Under the pieces are notes generated by a model. It ran no database searches. It was not told the DNA's origin and worked only from the letters and a program-made list of their open reading frames with translations. Made by a program: the position numbers and the translations under genes. Of a DNA stretch of 64,000 bases, positions 44,830 through 54,579 are shown piece by piece. The stretch is taken from contig CAYZPV010000003.1 in the NCBI GenBank assembly GCA_964480585.1, positions 156,412-220,411 of the forward strand, written 5' to 3'. How positions within the stretch are numbered: the stretch's first letter is position 1; each line of letters starts with the position of its first letter. This stretch comes from an uncultured Opitutus sp. GTDB taxonomy: Bacteria; Verrucomicrobiota; Verrucomicrobiia; Opitutales; Opitutaceae.

Positions 44830-47093
44830 GTTCGCTGCCCAAAATGAAACCGATCCTGCCCTGGTGGCAGCTAGGTCTCCTTTTGGCGCTTTGCGGCCTC
44901 GCGATCTACCAGCTCGTGCCGGACGATCCGCGGCTGATCGATAATCTCATCCGGGATCGCAACCCCCGCGATGCGCGCCGGCAGTTGGAAAAGGTCTCAC
45001 CCGCCAAGCGGGCCAACGACCCCGTGCGGTATTTGCGGCTGGAAGTGGAAATCGCGCGTCTCGAGCTGCGGCCGGATGACCGCGCAGCACTCGACGCGTT
45101 TGCGCGGCGCGGCGTCGCGGCGTGGCGAGAGTCTCGCTACGCGCCATCTATCCTGGCGCTGATCGCGCCTGCGCTCGCGCAGCTCCGCGACCCAGCCGCC
45201 CTCTGGCCCGAGTTCGAGGCCGCGGTGCTAGCCGCACCGGAGAAAGCTCGCGCCATCGCCGGAGAGCGCCTGGCGACGGCGGCCCTCGCCGGCTCCCAAC
45301 CCGCCACGGCCGCGCAGATCTACGCCTCCACGCACCCCGAGGCCACGCGCACGGCGGCCCAGCGCCTTGAAATCGCGCGTTTGCGGCAGCTCGCGGGGCA
45401 GCCCGCTGAAGCGCTGGCGGCGCTCGGCGAAGAGCAGAGCGAAGAGGCACGCGCCCTCCGCTTGTTGCTCCTCCGCGAGCTCAATCGCAATCGCGAGGCG
45501 CTCACACTACTCCTGAGCCGCGCCGCCGCCTCGGCGACGGCTGACGTAAAGCTTGTCGCCGACATCGCCACCGTCGCGCTGCAGGCGGGCGCGCCGGCCG
45601 AAGCTATCCCCGCTGTGCGCAGCCTGCTCGCCGCACAGCCGGACGATGTGGCGACCTGGCGGCAACTGCGCACCCTCCATGTCTCCGCCGGCGATCCTGC
45701 GGGAGCGGTGGAAGCCGCCCAGCGCGCGGCGGCCTTGAGCGAACGCGGGACGGACGACCTCCGTGAGCTGGCGCGAATCCACGAATACGCAGGCCAACCC
45801 GGCCCGGCGTTTGACACCTGGCTGGAGATCGCGCTGCGGAGCGGCGATGTGCCCGCGGTGGAGCGCCTCATCGCGCTCAATCCGGGCCTCTTTCGCGACG
45901 TCGAACTCGCGCGCGCACTCAATCGCGTGGTGCCCCTGCCAGGCCGCGACGACCTCACGCTGCGGCTGGCACGCCTCGAGGTGATGCTCGGCAGCTACGA
46001 CAACGCACGCACGCACTTTGAACAGTACCTGGCCCTGCGGCCGGAGGCGGATGTGATGATCGAATATGCTCACCTGCATCGTGAGCTCTATCGCTTTGGC
46101 GATGCCGAGACCTGGCTCCGACGAGCGGCCGAGCTACGTCCGGATAATCTCGGGCTGCGACGCGAGATCGCCGAATGCCTCGTATATCAGGGCCGCAACA
46201 AGGAGGCGCTGGCGATCTATGCCGAGCTGGCACAGCGCGACCGATCCCCGGAAGTGCTGGATCCCTTCACGCGTCTGGCCGAGACACTGGGCGACTACGA
46301 AGCATTTGCCCGCGCGCTCCGCCAGACGGTGGAGACAGCCACGACTCCGGATGTACGCGACTACAAGATGCTCGCGTATGCGTACGAACTCAACAGCCGC
46401 AGCGATCTCCGCCGAGCGACGCTCGAGGCGGGGCTGAAGGTCTTCCCCAAGGACGACGACCTGCGAATGTCCCTCGCCAGCGCACTCGCCGATGCCCGGC
46501 TGTACCGCGAAGCGCAGAGCACACTCGCGCTCCACACCAAGCTGCGGGAGGATCCTCTCGCGGCGGAGCTCTTCCTCGAACTCATGCGGCTCAACAACGA
46601 CACCGCCGCGGAACGCCGATTTCTGCGGGAGACCTTCTCGCCCGCGGTGCTCGAGGACGAGGATTTCCTGATGCACTCGGCCTATGCATGGGAGGCACTG
46701 CGCGAGTATCCGCGCGCCGAGGCAGTTCACCGCCAGCTCCAGGCGCGCCATCCGGCGAACTTCCAGCACGCCGGAGACCTCGCTCGCATCGCGCTCCTCA
46801 GGGGGCATCCCAAGGAGGCCAAGCAGGTGCTCGCTCCTTTCCTCGCCGCGCCCACTCCTGCCGTGCTCAAACTGGCTGCCGAGATCGCATCGTCCGCGGG
46901 AGATCATCGCAACGCCGAGAAATACCAGGCCGCTTATCTTTCCGCGATGCGCAACGCCTCCGCGACCGACTGGGGCGCACTGGGCGACATACGGCTCTCC
47001 CGGGGCGACCGCATCGGCGCCAAGCGCGCTTACGCGGAGGCGCTCCGCCGGATGCACGCGGAACTCGGCACAAACAAAGGAGGTGGGCGATGA
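44826..47093 (+). CDS. pelB: PelB-like TPR scaffold (N-terminal part only, no barrel)
   Basis: N-terminal hydrophobic anchor (PWWQLGLLLALCGLAIYQL), then ~700 aa of Ala/Leu/Arg/Glu-rich helical repeats. Occupies the pelB position; ATGA overlap with pelA. Confidence 0.7.
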   Translation: MSSLPKMKPILPWWQLGLLLALCGLAIYQLVPDDPRLIDNLIRDRNPRDARRQLEKVSPAKRANDPVRYLRLEVEIARLELRPDDRAALDAFARRGVAAWRESRYAPSILALIAPALAQLRDPAALWPEFEAAVLAAPEKARAIAGERLATAALAGSQPATAAQIYASTHPEATRTAAQRLEIARLRQLAGQPAEALAALGEEQSEEARALRLLLLRELNRNREALTLLLSRAAASATADVKLVADIATVALQAGAPAEAIPAVRSLLAAQPDDVATWRQLRTLHVSAGDPAGAVEAAQRAAALSERGTDDLRELARIHEYAGQPGPAFDTWLEIALRSGDVPAVERLIALNPGLFRDVELARALNRVVPLPGRDDLTLRLARLEVMLGSYDNARTHFEQYLALRPEADVMIEYAHLHRELYRFGDAETWLRRAAELRPDNLGLRREIAECLVYQGRNKEALAIYAELAQRDRSPEVLDPFTRLAETLGDYEAFARALRQTVETATTPDVRDYKMLAYAYELNSRSDLRRATLEAGLKVFPKDDDLRMSLASALADARLYREAQSTLALHTKLREDPLAAELFLELMRLNNDTAAERRFLRETFSPAVLEDEDFLMHSAYAWEALREYPRAEAVHRQLQARHPANFQHAGDLARIALLRGHPKEAKQVLAPFLAAPTPAVLKLAAEIASSAGDHRNAEKYQAAYLSAMRNASATDWGALGDIRLSRGDRIGAKRAYAEALRRMHAELGTNKGGGR

Positions 47094-48607
47094 AGCGCTT
47101 GCTTCTGGGCGCCCTGCTGCTCTCGGCCGCCTACGTGCCGATCCCTGCTGCCGAGCCAGCCGGATTCCTGCCCGACGCGGAGATCCTCTCGCGCGCGCCC
47201 ACGCTCGGAATCGAGGAGCAGCGGTATCTGGTGTATCTGTATGCCCGGCTCAACAAGCCGAAGGTGGCCGAGGCGATCGCCGAGCAGATCCTGAAGACCA
47301 ATCCCAGCGATCGACAGACGCTGCTCGTATTGGCCTCGATGTACGTGGAGCAAAAGGATCCGAAGGCCGTGCTGCGCACCGCGCGCGCGTTTCTCAAATT
47401 TTATCCCTCCGACCACCAAGGACTCTACTTTCTAGGCGCAGGCCACTATCTCGCCAAGGAATACGCCATCGCCAACGAGGTGCTGCGGAGCCTCAAGCAA
47501 ACGCAATTCGCAGGGAATCTGTATCCCTACGAAACCGACCTCGCCGCCTCCGCCTACGCGGCGGGCGACTGGCACCGCGCGATGCTCTCCTACCAGGAAC
47601 TGCTACGCCATCATAAGCTCGGCGATCAACTCCGCGACGAGGTACGCCGCACGTTGGACGAGCTCTATCGCGCGCATCTCCCGCGGCTGGACCTGACGGC
47701 ATCGAGGGTGCGGCTGGAACGCGCCGAGGCATGGCGCTATGGAGCCTCCCACGGCATGCACATCAGCGGTCGCCACTGGCTCGACGTACGCTATGGACGC
47801 GACGACGTGGACCTCGAGGCCGCGCCAGGACTGCAAGCCACGCGTGCCGATCGGCAGGAAGTCTCCGCCAGCCTTTCCACCGTGTACGATCGCCGCCTGC
47901 GCACCGAATTGTGGGCTGGAGCGTTTGGCGAAGGAGCTTTTGGCGGGGGGCGTGCGACGGTGACGTTTGCCCGCCAACGCGAGGCATTTGTGGAGGTCGT
48001 CCTCAACGCACGCTCGACCGATAGCCTCACCCTTGAGGCTCTCGACGGCCGCCAGCACTCCGTGGGCTTGGGACTCAACTGGCTGGTCGAGGCCGACCTG
48101 AATCTAGCCATGCGTGCCCAGACCAGGGAAGTCCGCGTCGAGGGCATACGCCTCGGCCGTGGATCTAGCCTCGACATCAACTTCGACTACACCGTCTGGC
48201 GACAAGGGCCGCGCATCACGGCGGGCTACCGGGGATCGATGGGGCAGTTTACACCAGACACTGGTTTCGACGCGCGCCTTACAGGCCCGCTGGTCGACCC
48301 GGCGGCCGGCTTGCTTGGCCAGCAGACCATCGTGTCCAATCTCGTCAGCCAGGCAATCAACCGGCACGGAGTAGGACTCACCCTCACCGACAATCTCGCC
48401 GATGCGTGGATCTACCGCGTGACCGCGGGCACTGACTACGACTTCGAGCTTTCTTCCGTGGGCTGGAATGGCTCGCTAGCGCTCACCTTTCTCCCGCGCA
48501 AGAGCATCGAGATCACGGCCGAGGCCGGCTACACCTCCAGCGCTTCGGCTAGCAATGCCGGCTCCTCCGCGACGCTTTTCAACTTCTACATTCGCGCCTA
48601 TCACTAA
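47090..48607 (+). CDS. Secreted TPR + outer-membrane beta-barrel protein (PelB C-terminal-like porin)
   Basis: ATG 47090 with SD AAGGAGGTG and its own signal peptide MKRLLLGALLLSAAYVPIPAA. ~4 TPR-like repeats, then ~310 aa of amphipathic beta strands ending LFNFYIRAYH. Confidence 0.7.
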   Translation: MKRLLLGALLLSAAYVPIPAAEPAGFLPDAEILSRAPTLGIEEQRYLVYLYARLNKPKVAEAIAEQILKTNPSDRQTLLVLASMYVEQKDPKAVLRTARAFLKFYPSDHQGLYFLGAGHYLAKEYAIANEVLRSLKQTQFAGNLYPYETDLAASAYAAGDWHRAMLSYQELLRHHKLGDQLRDEVRRTLDELYRAHLPRLDLTASRVRLERAEAWRYGASHGMHISGRHWLDVRYGRDDVDLEAAPGLQATRADRQEVSASLSTVYDRRLRTELWAGAFGEGAFGGGRATVTFARQREAFVEVVLNARSTDSLTLEALDGRQHSVGLGLNWLVEADLNLAMRAQTREVRVEGIRLGRGSSLDINFDYTVWRQGPRITAGYRGSMGQFTPDTGFDARLTGPLVDPAAGLLGQQTIVSNLVSQAINRHGVGLTLTDNLADAWIYRVTAGTDYDFELSSVGWNGSLALTFLPRKSIEITAEAGYTSSASASNAGSSATLFNFYIRAYH

Positions 48608-48620
48608 ATCCACCCTCACC

Positions 48621-49169
48621 ATGAGCCGACTCCTCGTACTCCTTGCCACGCTGCTTTTCAGCACTGGCTGCGCCACCGTGGTCCATCAGGGCAACCAGAG
48701 CCCTCACGCACACGCCGTCACGCGTGTGCTGCTGCCACCCTTCTTCAACGCGACGGACGACGAGCACGCGAGCCGCGCGCTCACCGAGATGACTGGCAGC
48801 GCCCTCGTGGAAGCGGGCATACCGCTCTTCCAGACGGAGGAGACTCTTCTGAAATCCGCCGCAGACAAGGCCCAAGGGCCGGATGGCCGCTACGCCGAAC
48901 TGGCGCGCCAGATGGGCGTCTCGCATCTGGTAATCGGCACCGTGCACGAGTACCGCTACAAGACCGATCTCGATGGCGACCCCGCAGTCGGCATCACGCT
49001 CCGGCTCGTCGATGCGGCCACCGGCCAGACACTCTGGCAGGGTTCGAGCGGCAACGTAGGCTATGCCTTTGCGTCGCTCACCTCGGCAAGCCAGAAGGCC
49101 GTGAACGCGCTCGTGACCGACCTACCGGTCGCCGGCAATAAATTTTGGCGCACGCGCACGAGGAAGTAA
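48621..49169 (+). CDS. pelC: PelC-like outer-membrane lipoprotein
   Basis: Lipobox LFSTGC, LLPPFFN, and GTVHEYRYKTDLDGDPAVGITLRLVD..TGQTLW. Start set at ATG 48621. Confidence 0.85.
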   Translation: MSRLLVLLATLLFSTGCATVVHQGNQSPHAHAVTRVLLPPFFNATDDEHASRALTEMTGSALVEAGIPLFQTEETLLKSAADKAQGPDGRYAELARQMGVSHLVIGTVHEYRYKTDLDGDPAVGITLRLVDAATGQTLWQGSSGNVGYAFASLTSASQKAVNALVTDLPVAGNKFWRTRTRK

Positions 49170-49208
49170 GCAATCCAGACCCGCGTTATCCGCCTTAGGC
49201 CTGCCGCG

Positions 49209-50561
49209 ATGAACGTCCAAGACGCCCTCAAGCCCAAATCCATCCTGCTCGACGCCGCCCTGATCGGCGGCCTGCTGGTCGGGCTCAACGCGCTCTTCGA
49301 CCGCAGCCAACTCGGCTGGACGAATTTCAATCCTTCGCCGTACCTCCTACTCCCGCTGTTGATCGGAGGCCGCTACGGCTTCACTGCGGGGCTCTTATCA
49401 GGCGTTGGCACGAGCCTCGTGGTGCTGGCGCTGCAGAGCTTCGGAGGGGCGGGCTCGCCCAGCGCAGCCCTCGCACAAGCCCCCTATCTGCACGCGAGCT
49501 TTCTCTTTCTCGGCGGGATCGCGGGAGAGCTCTACGGGTGGTTTCGCCGCGAACGGGCGCAAGCTGCCGCGCAGCTCGAAAAGCTTCAGACCTCGGTGCG
49601 CCGTTTGGATGCCGATGTCAGTTACCTGCGCGGGGTGAAGGATGAGCTCGACCGCGCGGTTGCCGCCCGCGACGGCGAGGTGAGCACGCTCGACGCGGAG
49701 TTGCGGCGCTTGTACGCCGCATCCCGCGAAGACCTGCCTTCGGCTACGCTCGCCTTTCTCCGCCGCCAAGTCCGCCTCACCGACGCGGCGCTTTACGCCA
49801 TCCCCTCCGGCGAGGGTGCATTGACGCGGCTCGCGCTCATCGGTCGCGACAATCATCTGCCTGAGTCCCTCGGCCGCAAGGCCAGCGCGGTGGTGCGGCT
49901 GGCAATCGAGCGATCTTCGCTGGTAACGCTGCCCGAGCTGCTCCAGCAGCGAGAACCCTCCTGCGAAGATCCCATCCTGCTCGCGGCGCCGCTGCGCGAC
50001 GCCGCGGGCAAAACTCTGGCCGTGCTCGTCGTCTCGGGGATGCCCTTTATTTCCTTCACCGCGCAGACCGGAAATCTGATCTCGCTAATCTGCGGTTGGG
50101 CGGGAGAAGTGCTCGACCTCGCTTCCGGAGCGGGCCCAGGCCGCTATCGCATCGTCGCTGGCCGCGACCTTCAGCGCATCTTCACGCGCGAGCATTTCCG
50201 CCATCTGCTCCAGCTGGCATTTGAGGCAAACAAGGGGCACCGCCTGCCGTCGTCGATCGTCGTCTTTTCCCTGCCCGGCGTCAGCCCGCGCGAACAGGCG
50301 CGCTTCGAAGGTGTGATCGCGAGCGCCATTCGCGCCGGCGACTATGCCGCCGAGCTTGGCCACAGTCACCCGCACCTCGCGGTGCTGCTGCCCCTCGTGG
50401 GCGAACGCGGAGCGAGCATCTTCATCGAACGCTGCCGGCAGTTTGTGCGCCAGAGCGGACCATGGCCAAGCGAACTCGACGTGCGCCGGGTGGAGATAGG
50501 CCGTGTCACCGATGTCGAGGCGATCCTTGCCGAGCTCGACGGCGCAAGCTCCAAGGCATGA
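49209..50561 (+). CDS. pelD: PelD-like c-di-GMP receptor: TM + GAF + degenerate GGDEF
   Basis: PYLLLPLLIGGRYG in the TM region, a coiled coil, a GAF-like segment, RxxD I-site (IRAGD), LAVLLPL...FIER, and no GGDEF motif. Confidence 0.8.
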   Translation: MNVQDALKPKSILLDAALIGGLLVGLNALFDRSQLGWTNFNPSPYLLLPLLIGGRYGFTAGLLSGVGTSLVVLALQSFGGAGSPSAALAQAPYLHASFLFLGGIAGELYGWFRRERAQAAAQLEKLQTSVRRLDADVSYLRGVKDELDRAVAARDGEVSTLDAELRRLYAASREDLPSATLAFLRRQVRLTDAALYAIPSGEGALTRLALIGRDNHLPESLGRKASAVVRLAIERSSLVTLPELLQQREPSCEDPILLAAPLRDAAGKTLAVLVVSGMPFISFTAQTGNLISLICGWAGEVLDLASGAGPGRYRIVAGRDLQRIFTREHFRHLLQLAFEANKGHRLPSSIVVFSLPGVSPREQARFEGVIASAIRAGDYAAELGHSHPHLAVLLPLVGERGASIFIERCRQFVRQSGPWPSELDVRRVEIGRVTDVEAILAELDGASSKA

Positions 50562-51556
50562 GCGATAGCACACGCATTTCACGCCTCCAGCCGGTGCTGC
50601 TCGTGGTGGCATTCATGCTACAGGCGATCTCGCTGCCGCTGCTGTTTCGCGAGGGTCTGCTGCCTTGGGCATTTCTCGCGCACGCGGCGGGCGCGGTCGC
50701 CTGGGGCTTAGGAGCAGCCCGACTCTTCCCTCGGGGACAGCGTCCGGCGTGGTGGCAGTCGGGCGCATGGGCGCTGACGTTTCCAGTGGTGGGGCCGCTC
50801 GCCTCGCTGTGCTTCGCGTCGATCCTTCGCCGTCCGCCAGTCGACAACAGTGGGCAGCGCTACGTCGTATGGAACGAGCAACCCGCAGGCGCGTGGGATA
50901 ACGCGCTGCCTGCGGGAGCCTCAGGGCAATCAATCGTGGAGATACTCCAGAGCCCGCGCACTCAACTACGGCGCAATGCCGTGCTGGCGCTGCGTGAACT
51001 CGATCCGCAGCTCGCGATCCCGCTCCTCCGGAAAGGCCTCCAGGATAGCGACGAACAGGTGCGCATCTACGCGCAGAATATCCTGAGCACGATGCTGGAG
51101 CGGTTTGAAGAAGGCATCAAGCAACTCGAAAACCGCATCGCCTCGGGACAGGGCGACGCAGCAACAGCCACCCGGCTCGCCGAGCAGTATTTCGAACTTG
51201 TCTACCTCGACGTCGCAGGGGACGACGAGACCGCCGCCCACTATCTCGCCAAGGCGCTTGCGCTGCTCGAAAAGGCCTTTGGCGCCGCGCCCGACGACCC
51301 TGCGATCGTGTTTCTCGGTTTCAAATATGCGCTGCGCGCCCGCGATGCGGGCGCCGCACGCCTCTGGCTGGAGCGGCTCGAACAACGCAAGTCAGACGCG
51401 CAACAAGTCCTCCCCTGGCGGATGGAGCTGGCCTTCCTCGAGGGCGACTGGAAGCGGCTCCGGGCGCTCTTTGAGGAGTTTGCCCGAGCCCGCTACATCA
51501 ACCCACGCATCGAGGAGCTGTCCCGCTTCTGGCTCGGCGCACCCGCTTCGGCATGA
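50558..51556 (+). CDS. pelE: PelE-like membrane protein with HEAT/TPR region
   Basis: N-terminal TMs (LTFPVVGPL), LLRKGLQDSDEQVRIYA, and a helical C-terminus. ATGA overlaps on both sides. Confidence 0.8.
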   Translation: MSDSTRISRLQPVLLVVAFMLQAISLPLLFREGLLPWAFLAHAAGAVAWGLGAARLFPRGQRPAWWQSGAWALTFPVVGPLASLCFASILRRPPVDNSGQRYVVWNEQPAGAWDNALPAGASGQSIVEILQSPRTQLRRNAVLALRELDPQLAIPLLRKGLQDSDEQVRIYAQNILSTMLERFEEGIKQLENRIASGQGDAATATRLAEQYFELVYLDVAGDDETAAHYLAKALALLEKAFGAAPDDPAIVFLGFKYALRARDAGAARLWLERLEQRKSDAQQVLPWRMELAFLEGDWKRLRALFEEFARARYINPRIEELSRFWLGAPASA

Positions 51557-53133
51557 GCACGCCCGACGCCAAGATCGCCGATGTCTGCCTGATCCTGGAG
51601 GGCACCTATCCCTACGTGCAAGGCGGCGTCTCCTCCTGGGTCCACCAGATCGTCACTGAACTGCCCGAGGTCACGTTTGCGCTTTTCTTCCTGGGCAGCA
51701 CTCGCGAGCAGGCGAAGCAGAAGCGTTATACACCGCCGGCCAACGTCATTTCGCTCACGGAGGTTTTTCTTTTCGAGAAGCTGCCCCCGGATCAGCTCAT
51801 ACCTGCGCCCCTGCGGCGCGAGCACAAGGATGCGCTCTACACCGTGCTGCGCGATTTCTACCTCGCGCAGGACGACGCGGAGCGGCAGGCGGTATTTCTC
51901 AAGGTGATCGATACCCTCGACATCATCGAGGCCACGGGCAGCCCGGTGACTTTCGGCAATTTCCTCCGCGATGAAGAGGCGTGGATGCTGCTGACGGAGG
52001 CGGCGGAAAAATTCGCCGCCGAGGAATCTTTCATCGATTTTTTCTGGGCCGCGCGCTTCGTGCACCTGCCGGTGTGGATCGCTCTGTCGCATCGTAAGGA
52101 GATCCCCCCTGCTCGCGCGTACCACAGCGTTTCCACCGGGTACGCAGGCATGCTCGGTGCGATCGCCTCACGCTATCACCGTGCGCCCTATCTCATCACT
52201 GAACACGGCATCTACACGAAGGAACGCATCGCCGAGATCAGCCAGGCGAGCTGGATCTACGATCCGCCAAGCAAGTACTTCGACGTGCGAGAGGGCATGG
52301 GCGTCTTCAAACAGCTTTGGATCGATCTCTTCATGTTCCTCGGGCAGGTCTCGTATGCGAGCGCGCAGCGCATCGTCTCGCTCTTCGAGGGCAACACATA
52401 CCTCCAGATTGAGTTTGGCGCCGAGGCACGCCGGTTGGAAGTCATCCCCAACGGCATCGACCCGAGCAAATTCGACCCGGCGCTGCAAACGCGCACCGCG
52501 CGCCTCTCTGCGGGGCTCGGTGAGGAGATTGTGATCGGCTTTGTCGGTCGCGTCGTGCCGATCAAGGATGTAAAGACGCTCATTCGAGCGGCGCGCACCG
52601 TCGTGGCGCGCGAACCGCGCGCTGTTTTTCACCTCATCGGGCCGACGGAGGAAGACCCGGACTACTTCGAAGAGTGCAAGCAGATGGTGACTCTAATGGG
52701 TCTCGAGAAGAAGGTGCTATTCCTCGGACCGAGGAATATTCGCGAGATCCTCTCCAGCGTCGACGTATGCCTGCTCACCAGTATCAGCGAAGGGCTGCCG
52801 TTGATCATCCTCGAAGCGTTCGCCGCAGGCATCCCATGCGTGGCCACCGATGTAGGTGCGTGCCGAGAACTCATCTTCGGCCGTACTCCTGAGGACAAGG
52901 CAATCGGGCGGGCCGGGCTCCTTACCAAGATCTGCTCTCCGCTCGACACTGCCGACGCCGTGCTGCGCGTGATTTCCAGTGCCGATCACCTCCTCCGAAT
53001 GGGCCAGGCCGGTCGCACCCGCGCCGAACGCCACTACCGCCAATCGGAGATCATGGGGAAGTACCGCTCATTTTACACCGATCATGGCTGGGCACAACTC
53101 CCCTCGCCCGCCGATCAACCCACCGCACCCTAA
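51553..53133 (+). CDS. pelF: PelF-like GT4 glycosyltransferase
   Basis: DVCLILEGTYPYVQGGVSSW, HSVSTGYAG, TEHGIYTKER, VIPNGID, GRVVPIKDVKT, and SISEGLPLIILE (EX7E). Confidence 0.92.
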   Translation: MSTPDAKIADVCLILEGTYPYVQGGVSSWVHQIVTELPEVTFALFFLGSTREQAKQKRYTPPANVISLTEVFLFEKLPPDQLIPAPLRREHKDALYTVLRDFYLAQDDAERQAVFLKVIDTLDIIEATGSPVTFGNFLRDEEAWMLLTEAAEKFAAEESFIDFFWAARFVHLPVWIALSHRKEIPPARAYHSVSTGYAGMLGAIASRYHRAPYLITEHGIYTKERIAEISQASWIYDPPSKYFDVREGMGVFKQLWIDLFMFLGQVSYASAQRIVSLFEGNTYLQIEFGAEARRLEVIPNGIDPSKFDPALQTRTARLSAGLGEEIVIGFVGRVVPIKDVKTLIRAARTVVAREPRAVFHLIGPTEEDPDYFEECKQMVTLMGLEKKVLFLGPRNIREILSSVDVCLLTSISEGLPLIILEAFAAGIPCVATDVGACRELIFGRTPEDKAIGRAGLLTKICSPLDTADAVLRVISSADHLLRMGQAGRTRAERHYRQSEIMGKYRSFYTDHGWAQLPSPADQPTAP

Positions 53134-54512
53134 TGGCCGGCATCGGATTTCAACTCACGAAACTCATGGCCAAGCGCACCTTCGCCGGTGGCTTGCAGGC
53201 CTACGGTTTCGCGGCGCTCATCGGAAGCGGCCCGTGGGTGCTCTCGATGGTCACGCTCGCGCTGCTGGGCCTCGTGGTCAATCGCACTGGGGCAGCCAGG
53301 GAACTCGATCTGTTCTTTGTGGCGGTGACGCACATCTTCGGCTTCTCGCTCATACTCACCGGTCCGCTCCAACTGCTGCTCTCCCGCTTTGCGGCCGATG
53401 CCGTCTACGAGCGCAAACCGGAGCAGGTATTCCCCTCCTTCCTTGGCGGGCTCGCGCTCTCGCTCGCGGCCAACGCGATCTTCGGCGTCGTGTTCTTCTT
53501 CGGCTTCGTCCCGGCCGCGCCGCTCTTCCAATTCTCCGCCACCGGCGTGTTGATGATCGTATCCGCGATCTGGATAGGCGCCATCTACCTTACGGCGGTG
53601 CGGGACTACACCGCAGTCATAAAGTGCTTCCTGCTCGGCTACGCCGTGAGCTTCGGGGCTGGCTGGGGGCTCACCCTGCCACTCGGAGTCGCAGGCACGA
53701 TGGCGGGCTTTCTCCTCGGCCAAGTCGTGCTGCTGCTCGCCATGATCCGCGTCGTGTACCGTGAGTACGGCACGCATGGCGCGCCGAGTTTCGCGTTTCT
53801 CCGCTATTTCAAGCGGCACTCATCTCTCGCTGCCTGCGGCCTGGTTTACAATCTAGGTATCTGGATCGACAAGCCGCTCCACTGGTGGCTCTCCCCGCAC
53901 GGCCACCAAGTGGCGGGCGCACTCTGGGCCTCGCCGCTCTACGATCAGGCGGTGTTTCTGAGCTTCCTCTCAGTCGCTCCGGGCATGGCCGTTTTCCTCC
54001 TCACGCTGGAGACGACATTTGCCGATCGCTACTCGGAGTTTTTCCGGCTCGTTGTGGCCAAGGGGAAGCTGCGCGAGATACTCGCGACCAAGGCGGAGAT
54101 GGTGGAGGCCCTGCGCGATGGCCTGTCGAGGCTGCTGAAATTTCAAGGCGGCGTCACCCTCGCGCTCATCCTGAGCGCCGATCACTTGCTAGCTGCACTG
54201 GGGCTCGGCGCCGTGCAGACGATCGTGTTTCAAGTCACGCTCGTCGGCGTCTGCCTCCTAGTGCTTTTCCTGGCCCTTCTCACCGTACTCTTCTATCTGG
54301 ACCGCCTGCGCGAGGCATTGTGGTGCTGCGGACTCTTTGCCGTACTCAATCTGATGGTGACTGTAGCCGGCTTGATGGCTGACGAACGTTGGTACGGCCT
54401 GGGCTTCACCGTGGCCGCCGGCGCCGGTGCGCTGCTGGCAGGCGCACTCTCCAACCGCGCGCTGCGGCGGTTGGAATACGAAACTTTTACCGCGCAACCG
54501 CTCTACTCTTGA
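53133..54512 (+). CDS. pelG: PelG-like polysaccharide transporter / polymerase-associated membrane protein
   Basis: Characteristic MAGIGFQL start, GPWVLS, YNLGIWIDK, YDQAVFLSFLSVAPG, LETTFADRY and LFYLD; ~12 TMs; TAATG overlap. Confidence 0.92.
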   Translation: MAGIGFQLTKLMAKRTFAGGLQAYGFAALIGSGPWVLSMVTLALLGLVVNRTGAARELDLFFVAVTHIFGFSLILTGPLQLLLSRFAADAVYERKPEQVFPSFLGGLALSLAANAIFGVVFFFGFVPAAPLFQFSATGVLMIVSAIWIGAIYLTAVRDYTAVIKCFLLGYAVSFGAGWGLTLPLGVAGTMAGFLLGQVVLLLAMIRVVYREYGTHGAPSFAFLRYFKRHSSLAACGLVYNLGIWIDKPLHWWLSPHGHQVAGALWASPLYDQAVFLSFLSVAPGMAVFLLTLETTFADRYSEFFRLVVAKGKLREILATKAEMVEALRDGLSRLLKFQGGVTLALILSADHLLAALGLGAVQTIVFQVTLVGVCLLVLFLALLTVLFYLDRLREALWCCGLFAVLNLMVTVAGLMADERWYGLGFTVAAGAGALLAGALSNRALRRLEYETFTAQPLYS

Positions 54513-54579
54513 GAAACCGCCAATCGTTTTCGTAGACTAAATATTCGCGTCCTTCATCCTTTAATCCCCTTCCCCCACC

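Noticed and set aside
46175-47089. 810-aa ORF suggesting a longer barrel protein or a frameshifted PelB
   Set aside because: The extension overlaps pelB1 in another frame and is R/G/P junk. The SD, ATGA overlap and signal peptide at 47090 support an independent start.
54513-54579. glmS ribozyme
   Set aside because: The gap is only 67 bp and lacks the conserved core; the ribozyme needs well over 100 nt.
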